DNA of 64,000 nt from Rickettsiales bacterium (GCA_021298605.1 JAJTDS010000004.1:24099-88098), one strand, 5' to 3'; shown: positions 20,471-30,571, counted from the stretch's first letter. The notes: generated by a model from the letters alone, not told the origin. Numbers and translations are program-made.

Positions 20471-21523
20471 TTAAATTGCACTTTGTTCGTTATTATCTTT
20501 ATCGGATTTAGGAAAATCAATTAATTCTTCGGTTATTTTTTGATTAATTTGATTATCGACCAAAGATATCGCAACTTTAATTGCATTAGCAAAACCAATT
20601 GCATCGGTACTACCGTGGCTTTTTACAACAACACCATTCAAACCTATCAACATTGCCCCATTATGCATTCTAGGGTCCATAATTTTAGTTGCCTCTTTAA
20701 TTGAATAGCCAGAAAATAAATAACCTATCTTTGCAATGGTAGAATTCATAAAACCTTGTTTTATGAATCCAGATATCATTTTCGCAGTTCCTTCAATTGC
20801 TTTTAACGCTATATTTCCTGAAAACCCATCAGTTACAACAATATCAACAGTTCCTTTAGTTATATCATCACCTTCAACATATCCGTAAACACTATCTTTA
20901 AGATGGCTTTCTTTTAACATTTGAAGAACTTCCCTAACTCGATCATTACCCTTCATCTCTTCCGAACCAACATTGAGAATGCCTATTTTAGGATTAGGAA
21001 TTTTATGAACTACTCTTGCAAAAGCATAACCCATAATCGCAAATTGATATAAAACCTCTGCTGAACAATCAATATTTGCACCCATATCAAGAAGAACGGT
21101 ACTACGATTTTGTTGATTAGGAATTGAAGTTACAATAGCTGGTCTATCAATTGCTGGCAAAGGTCTTAAAAAAACTTTTGACATCGCCATTAATGCTCCA
21201 GTATTTCCTGCGGAAACCGCGACTGATGCTTCTTGATTTTTCACTGCATCAATTGCTAACCTCATGCTTGAATTTGAGCCTCTACGAAGAGCAACAGAAG
21301 GCTTTTCGTCAGCAGAAATAAATTCATCAGTGTGAATTATCTTGCTTCTTGCTTTTAAATTGGGGCAACGAAAAACTATTGGATTAATTTTTGTAGCATC
21401 ACCAAATAACAAGAACTCACTACGAGCTATTGCAGATGCGATTTGTTCTGCCCCCTCAATAACAATTTGCGGTGCACGGTCACCGCCCATACAGTCAAGA
21501 GCAACAACTACTTTATTTAACAC
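20471..21523 (-). CDS. plsX: Phosphate acyltransferase PlsX
   Basis: 350 aa. 'ALDCMGGDRAP'. Sits in the conserved order rpmF-plsX-fabH. Confidence 0.95.
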   Translation of the reverse strand: MLNKVVVALDCMGGDRAPQIVIEGAEQIASAIARSEFLLFGDATKINPIVFRCPNLKARSKIIHTDEFISADEKPSVALRRGSNSSMRLAIDAVKNQEASVAVSAGNTGALMAMSKVFLRPLPAIDRPAIVTSIPNQQNRSTVLLDMGANIDCSAEVLYQFAIMGYAFARVVHKIPNPKIGILNVGSEEMKGNDRVREVLQMLKESHLKDSVYGYVEGDDITKGTVDIVVTDGFSGNIALKAIEGTAKMISGFIKQGFMNSTIAKIGYLFSGYSIKEATKIMDPRMHNGAMLIGLNGVVVKSHGSTDAIGFANAIKVAISLVDNQINQKITEELIDFPKSDKDNNEQSAI

Positions 21524-21562
21524 CAGAAATTAGGTTATTTCTTAATATTTAAAAAATTGCAA

Positions 21563-21775
21563 TTAAGCAACTTCTTGATTATTTAATTTTTCAGGCTTAT
21601 CGGCAATGATTTTTTTGCCATTATAAGTGCCATCTGATGAAATATGATGAGATAAGCGATATTCACCAGTTTCTTTATCAACTACAATATTTGGAATATT
21701 GAAAGAGTAAGAGCCATTACTGCCTCTTCTCATATTTCTTCTTGATTTCGATTTTTTTCTTTTAGGAACAGCCAT
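21563..21775 (-). CDS. rpmF: 50S ribosomal protein L32
   Basis: Starts 'MAVPKRKKSKSRRNMRR'. Lies upstream of plsX. Confidence 0.9.
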   Translation of the reverse strand: MAVPKRKKSKSRRNMRRGSNGSYSFNIPNIVVDKETGEYRLSHHISSDGTYNGKKIIADKPEKLNNQEVA

Positions 21776-21891
21776 TTTTAAGCCTCTTTTTATTTATATT
21801 ATTATTAAATGTTGTAAAAACTATTTGCAAAAAACAAAGATTAAGTAAAATAAAACTTATTCTTCAGTAAATCAATAAAAAATTAAACAAA

Positions 21892-22362
21892 ATGTATTTT
21901 TTCATAAATTTATATCAAAAAAACAAATTAACAATTAATTTTAGCAAATTATTTTTATTAATTTTAATCTGCCTTAATTGTTGTGCAAAAATTGAAAATA
22001 GAGGCTATAATTTTGATCTATCAAACTACAAAACTCTACAAACTGAAATTAGCAATAAAGAAAAAACCATTATGGAGATGGGATTACCAAGCTTTGCTTA
22101 TAATTATGAAGAAAAAGAAAGTTGGTTTTATTACAGCTTTACAACAAAAAATTATCTTTTCTTGAAACCAAAAATTATTAATCAAAAAATCTTAGCAATT
22201 GATTTTAATCAAGAAGGCTTTATTAGTAATATTCAAGATTTTGAAAATAAAAATAATAAGAGTTTTAAACCAATAAAAATAACAACTGAAATTAAAAAAA
22301 TTAACGAAGGTAATTGGTTAAAAGATCTATTTGGTAACATAGGCAGAGTAAGACCTATTTAA
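21892..22362 (+). CDS. bamE: Outer-membrane assembly lipoprotein BamE (SmpA/OmlA)-like
   Basis: Lipobox-like 'LNCC', then 'RGYNFD...KEKTIMEMGLPSF', typical of alphaproteobacterial BamE. Confidence 0.6.
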   Translation: MYFFINLYQKNKLTINFSKLFLLILICLNCCAKIENRGYNFDLSNYKTLQTEISNKEKTIMEMGLPSFAYNYEEKESWFYYSFTTKNYLFLKPKIINQKILAIDFNQEGFISNIQDFENKNNKSFKPIKITTEIKKINEGNWLKDLFGNIGRVRPI

Positions 22363-22403
22363 TTAACAACAGCTTTTAAATACATTAAATTATAGTTTAA
22401 ATT

Positions 22404-24239
22404 ATGACAAAAATAATTAACCATATTCGCAACTTTTCTATTGTTGCTCACATTGATCACGGCAAATCAACCTTATCTGATCGCTTAATACAAGAATGTG
22501 GAGCAGTTGAAGAAAGAGATATGACCAATCAAATTCTTGATTCAATGGACATTGAAAAAGAAAGAGGAATCACGATTAAAGCACAAACTGTTAGGCTTCA
22601 ATATAGAGCAGAAGACGGCAATTTATATATGCTAAATTTAATGGATACTCCTGGGCATGTTGATTTTGCCTATGAAGTAAGTCGTTGTTTGGCGGCCTGC
22701 GAAGGCTCAATTTTAGTAGTAGACTCAACACAAGGAGTTGAGGCACAAACTCTTGCCAATGTCTATCAAGCAATTGAGAATAACCATGAAATATTTCCTG
22801 TACTCAATAAAATCGACCTTCCCGCCTCTGACCCCGATAAAGTAAAAAAACAAATTGAAGATGTAATTGGAATTGACACTAGCGATGCAGTTCTAGTTTC
22901 AGCAAAAACAGGAGTTGGCATCAAGCAAGTATTAGAAAATATAGTTAAAAAACTACCCTGCCCCAAAGGAAATCCAGAAGGTGAATTTAAAGCCCTTTTA
23001 ATTGATAGTTGGTACGACCCCTATCTAGGAGTAATAGTATTGGCAAGAATTATTGACGGATCACTAAAAAAGGGACAAAAAATTAAAATGCTTGCCACTA
23101 ATTCAGTTTATCAAGTTGATTCGGTAGGGTTTTTTACTCCTAAAAAAATATTTTGTGAAGAATTAAAAGCTGGAGAAGTTGGTTTTATTAATGCCCAAAT
23201 TAAACAAGTTGCCGATTGTAGAGTTGGCGATACGATTGTTCTAAACAGCAATGAAAATGCCATTCCTTTTGCTGGCTTTAAACAAAATAAACCCGTAGTA
23301 TTCTGCGGAATTTATCCAATTGACGCATCTGATTTTGAGAAATTTCGTGATGCATTAGGAAAGCTTCACCTTAACGATGCAAGCTTTGAATTTGAACCAG
23401 AAGTTTCTTCTGCCCTAGGTTATGGCTTTCGTTGTGGTTTTTTAGGATTACTACATCTTGAAATTATTCAAGAAAGATTAGAAAGAGAATTTGACCTCGA
23501 TCTTATAACTACCGCCCCTTCAGTAATATATCGAATTCATTTAATGAAGGCAAAAAACTTAAGCGAAGCAGAAAAAGAAAAATCAATAATGTTAGTACAT
23601 TCGCCAGCAGATATGCCAGAACCGCATCATATTGACTTTATGGAAGAACCTTGGATTATAGCCACCATAATGACCCCAGACGAATATCTTGGATCTGTCC
23701 TTGATTTATGCACCCAAAAAAGAGGAATGCAAAAAGACCTCTCTTATGTTGGCGATAGAGCAATGGTAATATATAGATTGCCACTCAATGAAATTGTTTA
23801 CGATTTTTACGACCGCTTAAAATCTTGCTCAAGAGGTTATGCTAGCTTTGATTGGCAAATGGATGGTTATGAAAAAAGTGATTTAGTAAAATTAGCAATT
23901 CTTGTTAATGCTGAGCCAGTTGATGCCTTATCAATAATAGTTCACAAAACTAGAGCAGAAGGCAGAGGTAGAGCATTATGTAAAAAATTAAAAGAATTAA
24001 TTCCTAAACAAATGTTTGCTATTGCTATTCAAGCTGCAATTGGTGGGAAGATTATTGCCAGAGAAACAGTTTCAGCAATGCGAAAAGATGTTACCGCCAA
24101 ATGTTACGGTGGCGACATTACTAGAAAAAGAAAGCTTCTCGATAAGCAGAAAAAAGGGAAGAAAAAAATGCGAGAAATTGGCAATGTTGAAATTCCTCAA
24201 TCCGCCTTCCTTGCCGCCCTTAGACTTGACGATGAATAG
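22404..24239 (+). CDS. lepA: Elongation factor 4
   Basis: 611 aa. '[17 protein letters not shown]', 'DTPGHVDF' and 'NKIDL' motifs, plus the LepA C-terminal domain. Confidence 0.97.
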   Translation: MTKIINHIRNFSIVAHIDHGKSTLSDRLIQECGAVEERDMTNQILDSMDIEKERGITIKAQTVRLQYRAEDGNLYMLNLMDTPGHVDFAYEVSRCLAACEGSILVVDSTQGVEAQTLANVYQAIENNHEIFPVLNKIDLPASDPDKVKKQIEDVIGIDTSDAVLVSAKTGVGIKQVLENIVKKLPCPKGNPEGEFKALLIDSWYDPYLGVIVLARIIDGSLKKGQKIKMLATNSVYQVDSVGFFTPKKIFCEELKAGEVGFINAQIKQVADCRVGDTIVLNSNENAIPFAGFKQNKPVVFCGIYPIDASDFEKFRDALGKLHLNDASFEFEPEVSSALGYGFRCGFLGLLHLEIIQERLEREFDLDLITTAPSVIYRIHLMKAKNLSEAEKEKSIMLVHSPADMPEPHHIDFMEEPWIIATIMTPDEYLGSVLDLCTQKRGMQKDLSYVGDRAMVIYRLPLNEIVYDFYDRLKSCSRGYASFDWQMDGYEKSDLVKLAILVNAEPVDALSIIVHKTRAEGRGRALCKKLKELIPKQMFAIAIQAAIGGKIIARETVSAMRKDVTAKCYGGDITRKRKLLDKQKKGKKKMREIGNVEIPQSAFLAALRLDDE

Positions 24240-24250
24240 AAGATCTAAAT

Positions 24251-24843
24251 ATGACAAAGCCTTTTATTAAATGGGTCAGAGGGAAATCTTCTGCAATAAC
24301 GGGAATTAGTGAATTTTATCCTGATAATATTGCATCTATTAAAAATTATTGCGAACCATTTATTGGAGGTGGAGTAATGTTTTTTCATCTCGCTTCGTTG
24401 TATAAATTTGAAAAAATAATTATTAATGATATCTCGCCGTATCTAATAAAAACTTATATTGCCGTAAGAGATAACTTAGAAATTTAATTAAAATATTAAG
24501 TTCTTATGAAAAAAATTACCTAGATTTAGAAATAAAAGAAAAAGAAAAGATTTTCTATCAATTCCGCGATAAATTTAATAATAGCGATTATTACGAAGAA
24601 ACTGAATTGGCAGTCATCTTTATTTTTCTTAACAAAACATGTTTTGATGGCTTATTTCGACTTAATTCAAAAGGAAAATTAAATTCACCATTTGGTTTTA
24701 ATAAAAAACCTTCTTTTTATAACCATAAAAACATCTATCGAGCATCTTCAATGTTGCAAAGAGCAGATATTTATGCCAAGATTTTTATTCGCTAAAAGAT
24801 GATATTAAAAATGATTTCTTTATATATCTAGACCCTCCATAAA
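24251..24843 (+). pseudogene. Dam-family (D12 class) N6-adenine DNA methyltransferase pseudogene
   Basis: Three frame pieces hold Dam motifs in the right order: 'KPFIKWVRGK', 'EPFIGGG', 'FYQFRDKFNNS', 'FLNKTCFDGLFRLNSKGKLNSPFG', 'FFIYLDPP*'. There are at least 2 frameshifts (near 24475 and near 24775). A TAA stop replaces the Tyr of DPPY. The C-terminal ~90 aa are absent. Confidence 0.8.
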
Positions 24844-24908
24844 TAAACCTCCTCTTGAGTGAGCGGTGTTATTTTAGATTGAGTTGCTATTTATTTTTTC
24901 TTAAATTA

Positions 24909-24940
24909 CGGCAACAAGGGGTTGAAACCCCTTGTTGCCG
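24909..24940. repeat. Perfect GC-rich hairpin/palindrome (13-15 bp stem)
   Basis: cggcaacaaggggtt-ga-aaccccttgttgccg. The arms are exact reverse complements. This is an isolated GC-rich island in AT-rich DNA, with no T-run on either side. Confidence 0.8.
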
Positions 24941-24974
24941 AAGGAGGGGGTAATTAATTAGATATTTATGCAAT

Positions 24975-25018
24975 AGAAAAAAAATTAGTATTGCAAATAA
25001 ACTAAAATTTGCAATACT
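24975..25018 (-). terminator. Rho-independent terminator downstream of the carB N-half ORF
   Basis: On the minus strand a 12-bp stem (agtattgcaaat / atttgcaatact) with an 8-nt loop is followed by aaTTTTTTTTct. It starts ~40 nt after the carB stop. Confidence 0.6.
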
Positions 25019-25059
25019 AAGTAATAAATTAAGTTATTCACTAATTATGTTTGGCGATA

Positions 25060-26709
25060 TTACTCATAACAAGAATACATATAAGGAGTTGGTGAATTAA
25101 ATTCTCCAGCACAGGAATCTATTCTTTTATAAACAGGGTGAAGCCCTAATTTATGGCGATGAAGTCGAATTTCTGCCTCGCTATTTTGGGTTAGTTTGGC
25201 AATTCTACGATCAGAAAAACCTATTTTTTTAACCACTAATAGATCATCATAATTTTGTGGTAATCCGTTCTTTTTTAAACCATTTTCGACATCAACTATT
25301 TTTTGCAATTGCTCAATAAACCAAATATCATAACCGCTAATTTGATTAATTTCAGTAATTGAAATGCCTTCTCTTAATGCTTGAGCAATTAAAAAGAAGC
25401 GGTTAGGGGTTGGAATTTTCAGCCTTTCTTTGATAATTTTTATTCTCATTTCTTTATCATCGGCATTGATAAAAATTTCTTCTAAGCCACTCATACTAGC
25501 TTCTAAAGAGCGAATTGCTTTTTGCAAACTTTCAGCAAAGCATCGACCAATTCCCATTACCTCACCTACTGATTTCATTGAACTAGAGAGAATATTTTCA
25601 GTGGCTCTAAATTTTTCAAAGGTAAATTTTGGTATTTTTGTAATTATATAGTCAATTGTAGGCTCAAATGAAGCAGGAGTAGAACCACCAGTGATTTCAT
25701 TTTTGATTTCATCTAAGCTGTAACCAACTGCTAATTTGGCAGCAACCTTAGCAATTGGAAAGCCTGTTGCTTTCGAAGCAAGTGCAGAAGACCTTGATAC
25801 TCTAGGATTCATCTCAATTACCACCAAACGACCATCTTTAGGGTTAACCGCAAATTGTACATTCGAACCGCCAGTTTCAACCCCTATTTCTCTTAACACC
25901 GCTATTGAGGCATCTCGCATTTTTTGATATTCTTTGTCAGTTAAAGTGAGAGCAGGAGCAACAGTGATTGAATCTCCTGTGTGAACCCCCATTGGATCAA
26001 TATTTTCAATTGAACAAATAATGATAGCATTATCATTTTTATCTCTAACCACTTCCATTTCATATTCTTTCCAGCCAATAATTGATTCATCTATCAATAC
26101 TTCATTATTTGGCGACATTGAGAGCCCATAAGAGACGATTTGATGATATTCTTCTTCGCTATAAGCAACTCCACCACCAGCACCACCTAAAGTAAATGAA
26201 GGCCTAATAATTGCAGGAAGCCCAATTCTCGGCAATGCCAACATTGCATCTTCAATTGTTTTAACAATGGCATTTTTGGGGGTTTCAAGACCAATTTTTT
26301 CCATTGCCTTTTGAAATAATGAGCGATCTTCCGCTTTGTTAATTGCCTCAATTGAAGCTCCAATTAATTCAACATTATATTTCTTTAACACTCCATTTTT
26401 TGCAAGATTAATTGCACAATTTAAAGCGGTTTGACCACCAACAGTTGGCAATATTGCATCAGGAAGCTCTTTAGCGATAATTGATTCAACAACATCAGGA
26501 TTGATTGGCTCAATGTAGGTGCGATCTGCGAGCTGTGGATCAGTCATAATTGTTGCAGGATTAGAATTGATTAAAATAACTCGGTAACCTTCTTCTTTTA
26601 AGGCTTTGCAGGCTTGCGTTCCTGAATAATCAAACTCACAAGCTTGACCAATTACAATCGGCCCAGCTCCAATAATTAAAATTGATTTTATGTCTGTTCT
26701 TTTAGGCAT
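25060..26709 (-). CDS. carB: Carbamoyl-phosphate synthase large subunit, N-terminal half only
   Basis: 549 aa. Starts '[30 protein letters not shown]' and ends '...[24 protein letters not shown]'. That corresponds to about residue 550 of the ~1070-aa CarB, the boundary before the second ATP-grasp half. Confidence 0.85.
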   Translation of the reverse strand: MPKRTDIKSILIIGAGPIVIGQACEFDYSGTQACKALKEEGYRVILINSNPATIMTDPQLADRTYIEPINPDVVESIIAKELPDAILPTVGGQTALNCAINLAKNGVLKKYNVELIGASIEAINKAEDRSLFQKAMEKIGLETPKNAIVKTIEDAMLALPRIGLPAIIRPSFTLGGAGGGVAYSEEEYHQIVSYGLSMSPNNEVLIDESIIGWKEYEMEVVRDKNDNAIIICSIENIDPMGVHTGDSITVAPALTLTDKEYQKMRDASIAVLREIGVETGGSNVQFAVNPKDGRLVVIEMNPRVSRSSALASKATGFPIAKVAAKLAVGYSLDEIKNEITGGSTPASFEPTIDYIITKIPKFTFEKFRATENILSSSMKSVGEVMGIGRCFAESLQKAIRSLEASMSGLEEIFINADDKEMRIKIIKERLKIPTPNRFFLIAQALREGISITEINQISGYDIWFIEQLQKIVDVENGLKKNGLPQNYDDLLVVKKIGFSDRRIAKLTQNSEAEIRLHRHKLGLHPVYKRIDSCAGEFNSPTPYMYSCYE

Positions 26710-27002
26710 TTCTAGGTTTTATGAATTATATTTTTATATTATTTTTAACTTATTATCTTAGTTAAAATTTGGTTAAAATGTTAATTTGGAAAATATTATA
26801 GCTATTTTGCTTGCGATTTTTTAAAAATAAACTTAAAAAAATCTTTATTTTAAAAAAGTTGCATTTAAAAAGCTTTACTAAGAAAGTTTCAGTAAATTTG
26901 CCAATCACTCGATAAAAATGATTAAAAATAAAAAAACCTCTTTAAAAAACTGTATTTTTAGAGAAATCTCGAAATCAAGCTTCAAATTAAATTAAAAAAA
27001 TA

Positions 27003-27623
27003 ATGCCTCTCACAAAACAATACCAGACACTAGCAAAAAATAACCCCAAAAATAACCCCAAAAATAACCAATTTAAAGATGAAAGCAACATCCTCAATAA
27101 TGATCTACAAATAACTAAAGATAACTATAAAGCACTAAGAAAAAAAGATTTATCTCGCTTGATGGCAATTCAAATTTTTTATCAATTTGAGTTTTATAAA
27201 GGGCTAATCGAAATCGAAGAAATAAAGAATCAAACTATTGATAATTATTTATTAAGTAGCGAAGATAATATCAGCTCTTATCGCAGTAAAATTAACGAAG
27301 AATTAATAGATAATCTTCTTACAATTATTAATCAACAAGTAGAGCCAATAAATCAAGATATTATAAAATTTTTAAAACATCAAAATAGCTTTGAACAAAT
27401 ACCAGATCTAGCCCTTGATATTATTAGGTTTTCAGCTTTTGAACTAAAATTCTTTCATCATCATTCACAAAAAGCAATCATAAATTCTTATGTCAATATT
27501 GTAGCAAGTTTTTTTTCAGAAAAAATAGTTAAATTTAGCAATGGAATCATTGAAAATTTAGCATCGCATTATCGCGACAATAAAAAAACCGAAGATTTGT
27601 TAGAAAACAACAAAATTGACTAA
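27003..27623 (+). CDS. nusB: Transcription antitermination factor NusB, with N-terminal extension
   Basis: 'LSRLMAIQIFYQFEF' matches the NusB N-terminal helix pattern. 206 aa, including an NNPK-repeat leader. Confidence 0.7.
   Translation: MPLTKQYQTLAKNNPKNNPKNNQFKDESNILNNDLQITKDNYKALRKKDLSRLMAIQIFYQFEFYKGLIEIEEIKNQTIDNYLLSSEDNISSYRSKINEELIDNLLTIINQQVEPINQDIIKFLKHQNSFEQIPDLALDIIRFSAFELKFFHHHSQKAIINSYVNIVASFFSEKIVKFSNGIIENLASHYRDNKKTEDLLENNKID
27036..27070 (+). repeat. 12-bp tandem repeat (aaaaataacccc, about 2.9 copies) inside the nusB 5' region
   Basis: Direct reading shows units at 27036-27047 and 27048-27059, with a partial third copy. It is in frame and encodes (K)NNPKNNPKNN. Confidence 0.9.
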
Positions 27624-27726
27624 AAATTAATAAATTAATTACTCAAATCAACTAAAATCAAGAACCTAATATTTTAAAAAAATTAATATAAAAACCACTA
27701 GACAAGTAATTTTTATAAATTATGTT

Positions 27727-27774
27727 TTACAATATATAGTGTATATCTTTTATATATAGCACAATATTTAGCAT
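27727..27774 (+). promoter_or_regulatory. Candidate tandem NrdR boxes upstream of nrdA
   Basis: Box 1, ttacaatatatagtgt (27727-27742), matches the 16-bp consensus acaCwAtATaTwGtgt at about 14/16 positions. Box 2, gcacaatatttagcat (27759-27774), matches at about 12/16. The boxes are 32 bp apart and lie 22-69 bp upstream of the nrdA ATG. Confidence 0.35.
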
Positions 27775-27795
27775 AACCAACTTATATATTTTAAA

Positions 27796-29652
27796 ATGAC
27801 TCAAATTATAGAAAAAGCAGAATCTGATCAAAAAACTGCCTTTGTCGGCAAGTTTAAAATCAATATTAATCATAAAAAAGATGATAATCTTAGTGTTTTT
27901 GGTAAGGCTGTTTTAAAAGATCGCTACTTATTACCTAATGAAAATTGCCAAGAGCTATTCGCTAGAGTCGCTTCTCATTATGCAGATAATCAAAATCATG
28001 CCCAAAGAATCTATGATTATATTTCTGATTTGTGGTTTATGCCCGCAACTCCCATTTTAAGCAATGGTGGCACTGAAAGAGGTCTACCTATTTCTTGTTT
28101 TTTAAATGAATGCAACGATTCACTAGAAGGAATAGTGAATTTATGGAATGAAAATGTTTGGCTTGCATCAAGAGGTGGAGGAATTGGTAGCTATTGGGGC
28201 AATTTAAGATCTATCGGTGAAACTGTTAGGGGCAATGGCAAAACTTCAGGAATAGTTCCTTTTATCAAGGTTATGGACTCTCAAACCCTTGCCATATCGC
28301 AAGGTAGCCTTAGAAGAGGCAGTGCTGCCGTTTATTTACCAATACATCACCCCGAAATTGAAGAATTTATTGACATTAGAAGGCCTACTGGTGGAGACCC
28401 TAATCGCCGTTCTTTAAATCTTCATCACGGAATTGCAATTACCGACGAATTTATGAAAGCAGTTGAAAAAGATGAGGAATTTGGTTTAAGAAGCCCTCAT
28501 ACCAATAAAGTTATTGAAAAAATTAGCGCTAGAGCATTATGGATAAAAATATTAACCGCAAGAGTTGAAACTGGAGAACCTTATATTTTATTTATTGATT
28601 CAGTAAATAAAGCTATTCCAGAACATCACAAAAAATTAAATTTAAATGTCAAAACTTCCAATTTATGTAGCGAAATAACTTTACCAACGGGAATTGACCA
28701 TCTAAATAATCAAAGAACCGCAGTTTGTTGCCTTTCCTCACTCAATCTTGAATTTTACGAAGAATGGAAAGACCATCCAAAAATTATTGAAGATGTAATG
28801 AGATTTCTTGATAATGTTTTGCAAGATTTTATTGACAAAGCCCCAGATTCAATGAGTAGAGCAAAATATTCCGCTACTCGCGAAAGAAGTATTGGTCTTG
28901 GAGTTATGGGCCTTCATTCATTTCTGCAAAATAAATCCGTTCCTATTGAATCAGCAATGAGTAAGGTTTGGAACAAGAAAATTTTCCAAAATATTAAACA
29001 ACAAGTTGATAAAGCATCACAAAAACTTGCAATTGAAAGAGGAGCCTGCTTAGATGCTCAAGAAGTTGGGGTAGAAGAAAGATTCTCCAATAAAATTGCC
29101 ATTGCTCCAACTGCATCAATTTCAATTATTGCCAATAATTCATCTCCGGGAGTTGAGCCATTTGCCGCCAATTCATTTACTCAAAAAACCTTAACAGGAT
29201 CATTCAATGTAAGAAATAAAAATTTAGTTAAATTACTTGAAAATAAAGGCAGAAATACTGATGATACATGGTCTTCAATTACTATCAGTGAAGGCTCGGT
29301 TCAGCATCTCGATTTTCTCGATGAGCATGAAAAAATGGTATTTAAAACCGCTCAAGAAATTGATCAAAGATGGATAATAGAGCTTGCTTCCGATAGGCAA
29401 GAATATATATGTCAGGCTCAAAGCCTTAATATATTTGTTCCTGGCAATGTTTCAAAAAAATATCTTCACGATATTCATTTTCAAGCTTGGCAAAAAAAAT
29501 TGAAAAGCCTTTATTATTGTCGCTCAACTTCAATTCAAAGGGCAGATAAAGTATCTAACAAAGTTGAAATTAATCAAATTTTTGAAAAAAAATCAAGCGA
29601 ATCAGAATTAGAAGAAAAAGAAAAATATGAAGAATGTCTCGCTTGTCAATAA
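27796..29652 (+). CDS. nrdA: Ribonucleoside-diphosphate reductase alpha subunit (class I)
   Basis: 618 aa. 'SNLCSEI' active-site region, 'PTASIS', and a C-terminal Cys pair 'CLACQ'. Confidence 0.95.
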   Translation: MTQIIEKAESDQKTAFVGKFKININHKKDDNLSVFGKAVLKDRYLLPNENCQELFARVASHYADNQNHAQRIYDYISDLWFMPATPILSNGGTERGLPISCFLNECNDSLEGIVNLWNENVWLASRGGGIGSYWGNLRSIGETVRGNGKTSGIVPFIKVMDSQTLAISQGSLRRGSAAVYLPIHHPEIEEFIDIRRPTGGDPNRRSLNLHHGIAITDEFMKAVEKDEEFGLRSPHTNKVIEKISARALWIKILTARVETGEPYILFIDSVNKAIPEHHKKLNLNVKTSNLCSEITLPTGIDHLNNQRTAVCCLSSLNLEFYEEWKDHPKIIEDVMRFLDNVLQDFIDKAPDSMSRAKYSATRERSIGLGVMGLHSFLQNKSVPIESAMSKVWNKKIFQNIKQQVDKASQKLAIERGACLDAQEVGVEERFSNKIAIAPTASISIIANNSSPGVEPFAANSFTQKTLTGSFNVRNKNLVKLLENKGRNTDDTWSSITISEGSVQHLDFLDEHEKMVFKTAQEIDQRWIIELASDRQEYICQAQSLNIFVPGNVSKKYLHDIHFQAWQKKLKSLYYCRSTSIQRADKVSNKVEINQIFEKKSSESELEEKEKYEECLACQ

Positions 29653-29654
29653 TC

Positions 29655-29685
29655 AATTTACAGGGCTTAGCCAACCCTGTAAATT
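29655..29685. terminator. Hairpin between convergent nrdA and thiD (possible bidirectional terminator)
   Basis: An 11-bp stem (aatttacaggg / ccctgtaaatt) with a 9-nt loop sits directly after the nrdA stop. There is no clean T-run. Confidence 0.45.
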
Positions 29686-29722
29686 TAAATAAACAATATT
29701 TTTATTTTAAATTGATAAATTA

Positions 29723-30571
29723 TTAAAAATGTTTAAGAACCCTACTGCCACCACCAATTTTTAGATTATTTTTAATTGCTTTGTAAATATATTTATTGGC
29801 TTTATTTGTTGAGACAACAAGATCAAAACCATTCGCAATATTGCAAGAAATTGCAGTAGCAAGGCTACAGCCAGTTCCATGAAAATTTACTTTTATTCCT
29901 GAATCAATAATTTCAATTCTTTGATTAGCAACAAGATGAAATTTATTATACTGATCTAAAAGCAAATTAACCACTTTCCTACCTTTATTTTCAAGATGCC
30001 CGCCTTTAATTAAAACATTTTTTACTCCCATATTTTTAATTATAATTGCAGAATTCTTCATTTGAGTTAAATTATTTATTTTTATACCAGAGAGTAATTC
30101 AGCTTCATTAATATTTGGGGTAATTAAGAATGATTTTGGCACTAATAAAGATTTCAACTTTTCAATTGCCGAAACTTCTAGCAATATATCGCCAGAAGTT
30201 GCTACCATTACAGGGTCAAGAATAATTGGAACATCTCTAACTAGATTATTATTTAAGCAATTAGATATAGTTTCTATCACTTCGCTATCACCAAGCATAC
30301 CTATTTTTATTGCCTCAAAGCTTATATCACTTAAACAAGCTTCAATTTGCGATTTTAACATTTTATTACTAACCTTTTCTATTGCAAAAACTCCTTTGGT
30401 ATTTTGGGCAGTAATGCAGGTTATAACAGTTGCAGAATAGGTTTTGAGGGCGGTTGCAGTTTTTATATCTGCTTGAATACCAGCACCACCACCACTATCT
30501 GAACCAGCGATGATGAGAATTTTTTTAAATAATTTATTAGCTTTATTTTCAATCATTGACTTGTTAATCAT
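29723..30571 (-). CDS. thiD: Hydroxymethylpyrimidine / phosphomethylpyrimidine kinase
   Basis: 282 aa. 'IAGSDSGGGAGIQADIKT' and 'GTGCSLATAI' motifs. Confidence 0.9.
   Translation of the reverse strand: MINKSMIENKANKLFKKILIIAGSDSGGGAGIQADIKTATALKTYSATVITCITAQNTKGVFAIEKVSNKMLKSQIEACLSDISFEAIKIGMLGDSEVIETISNCLNNNLVRDVPIILDPVMVATSGDILLEVSAIEKLKSLLVPKSFLITPNINEAELLSGIKINNLTQMKNSAIIIKNMGVKNVLIKGGHLENKGRKVVNLLLDQYNKFHLVANQRIEIIDSGIKVNFHGTGCSLATAISCNIANGFDLVVSTNKANKYIYKAIKNNLKIGGGSRVLKHF

Noticed and set aside
24909-24940. Could the GC hairpin be domain V of a group II intron, given that an RT gene exists in the window?
   Set aside because: The stem is perfect, with no 2-nt bulge and no AGC triad. 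No other intron domains or IEP-type RT are adjacent. The RT remnant is 28 kb away and not of the group II type.
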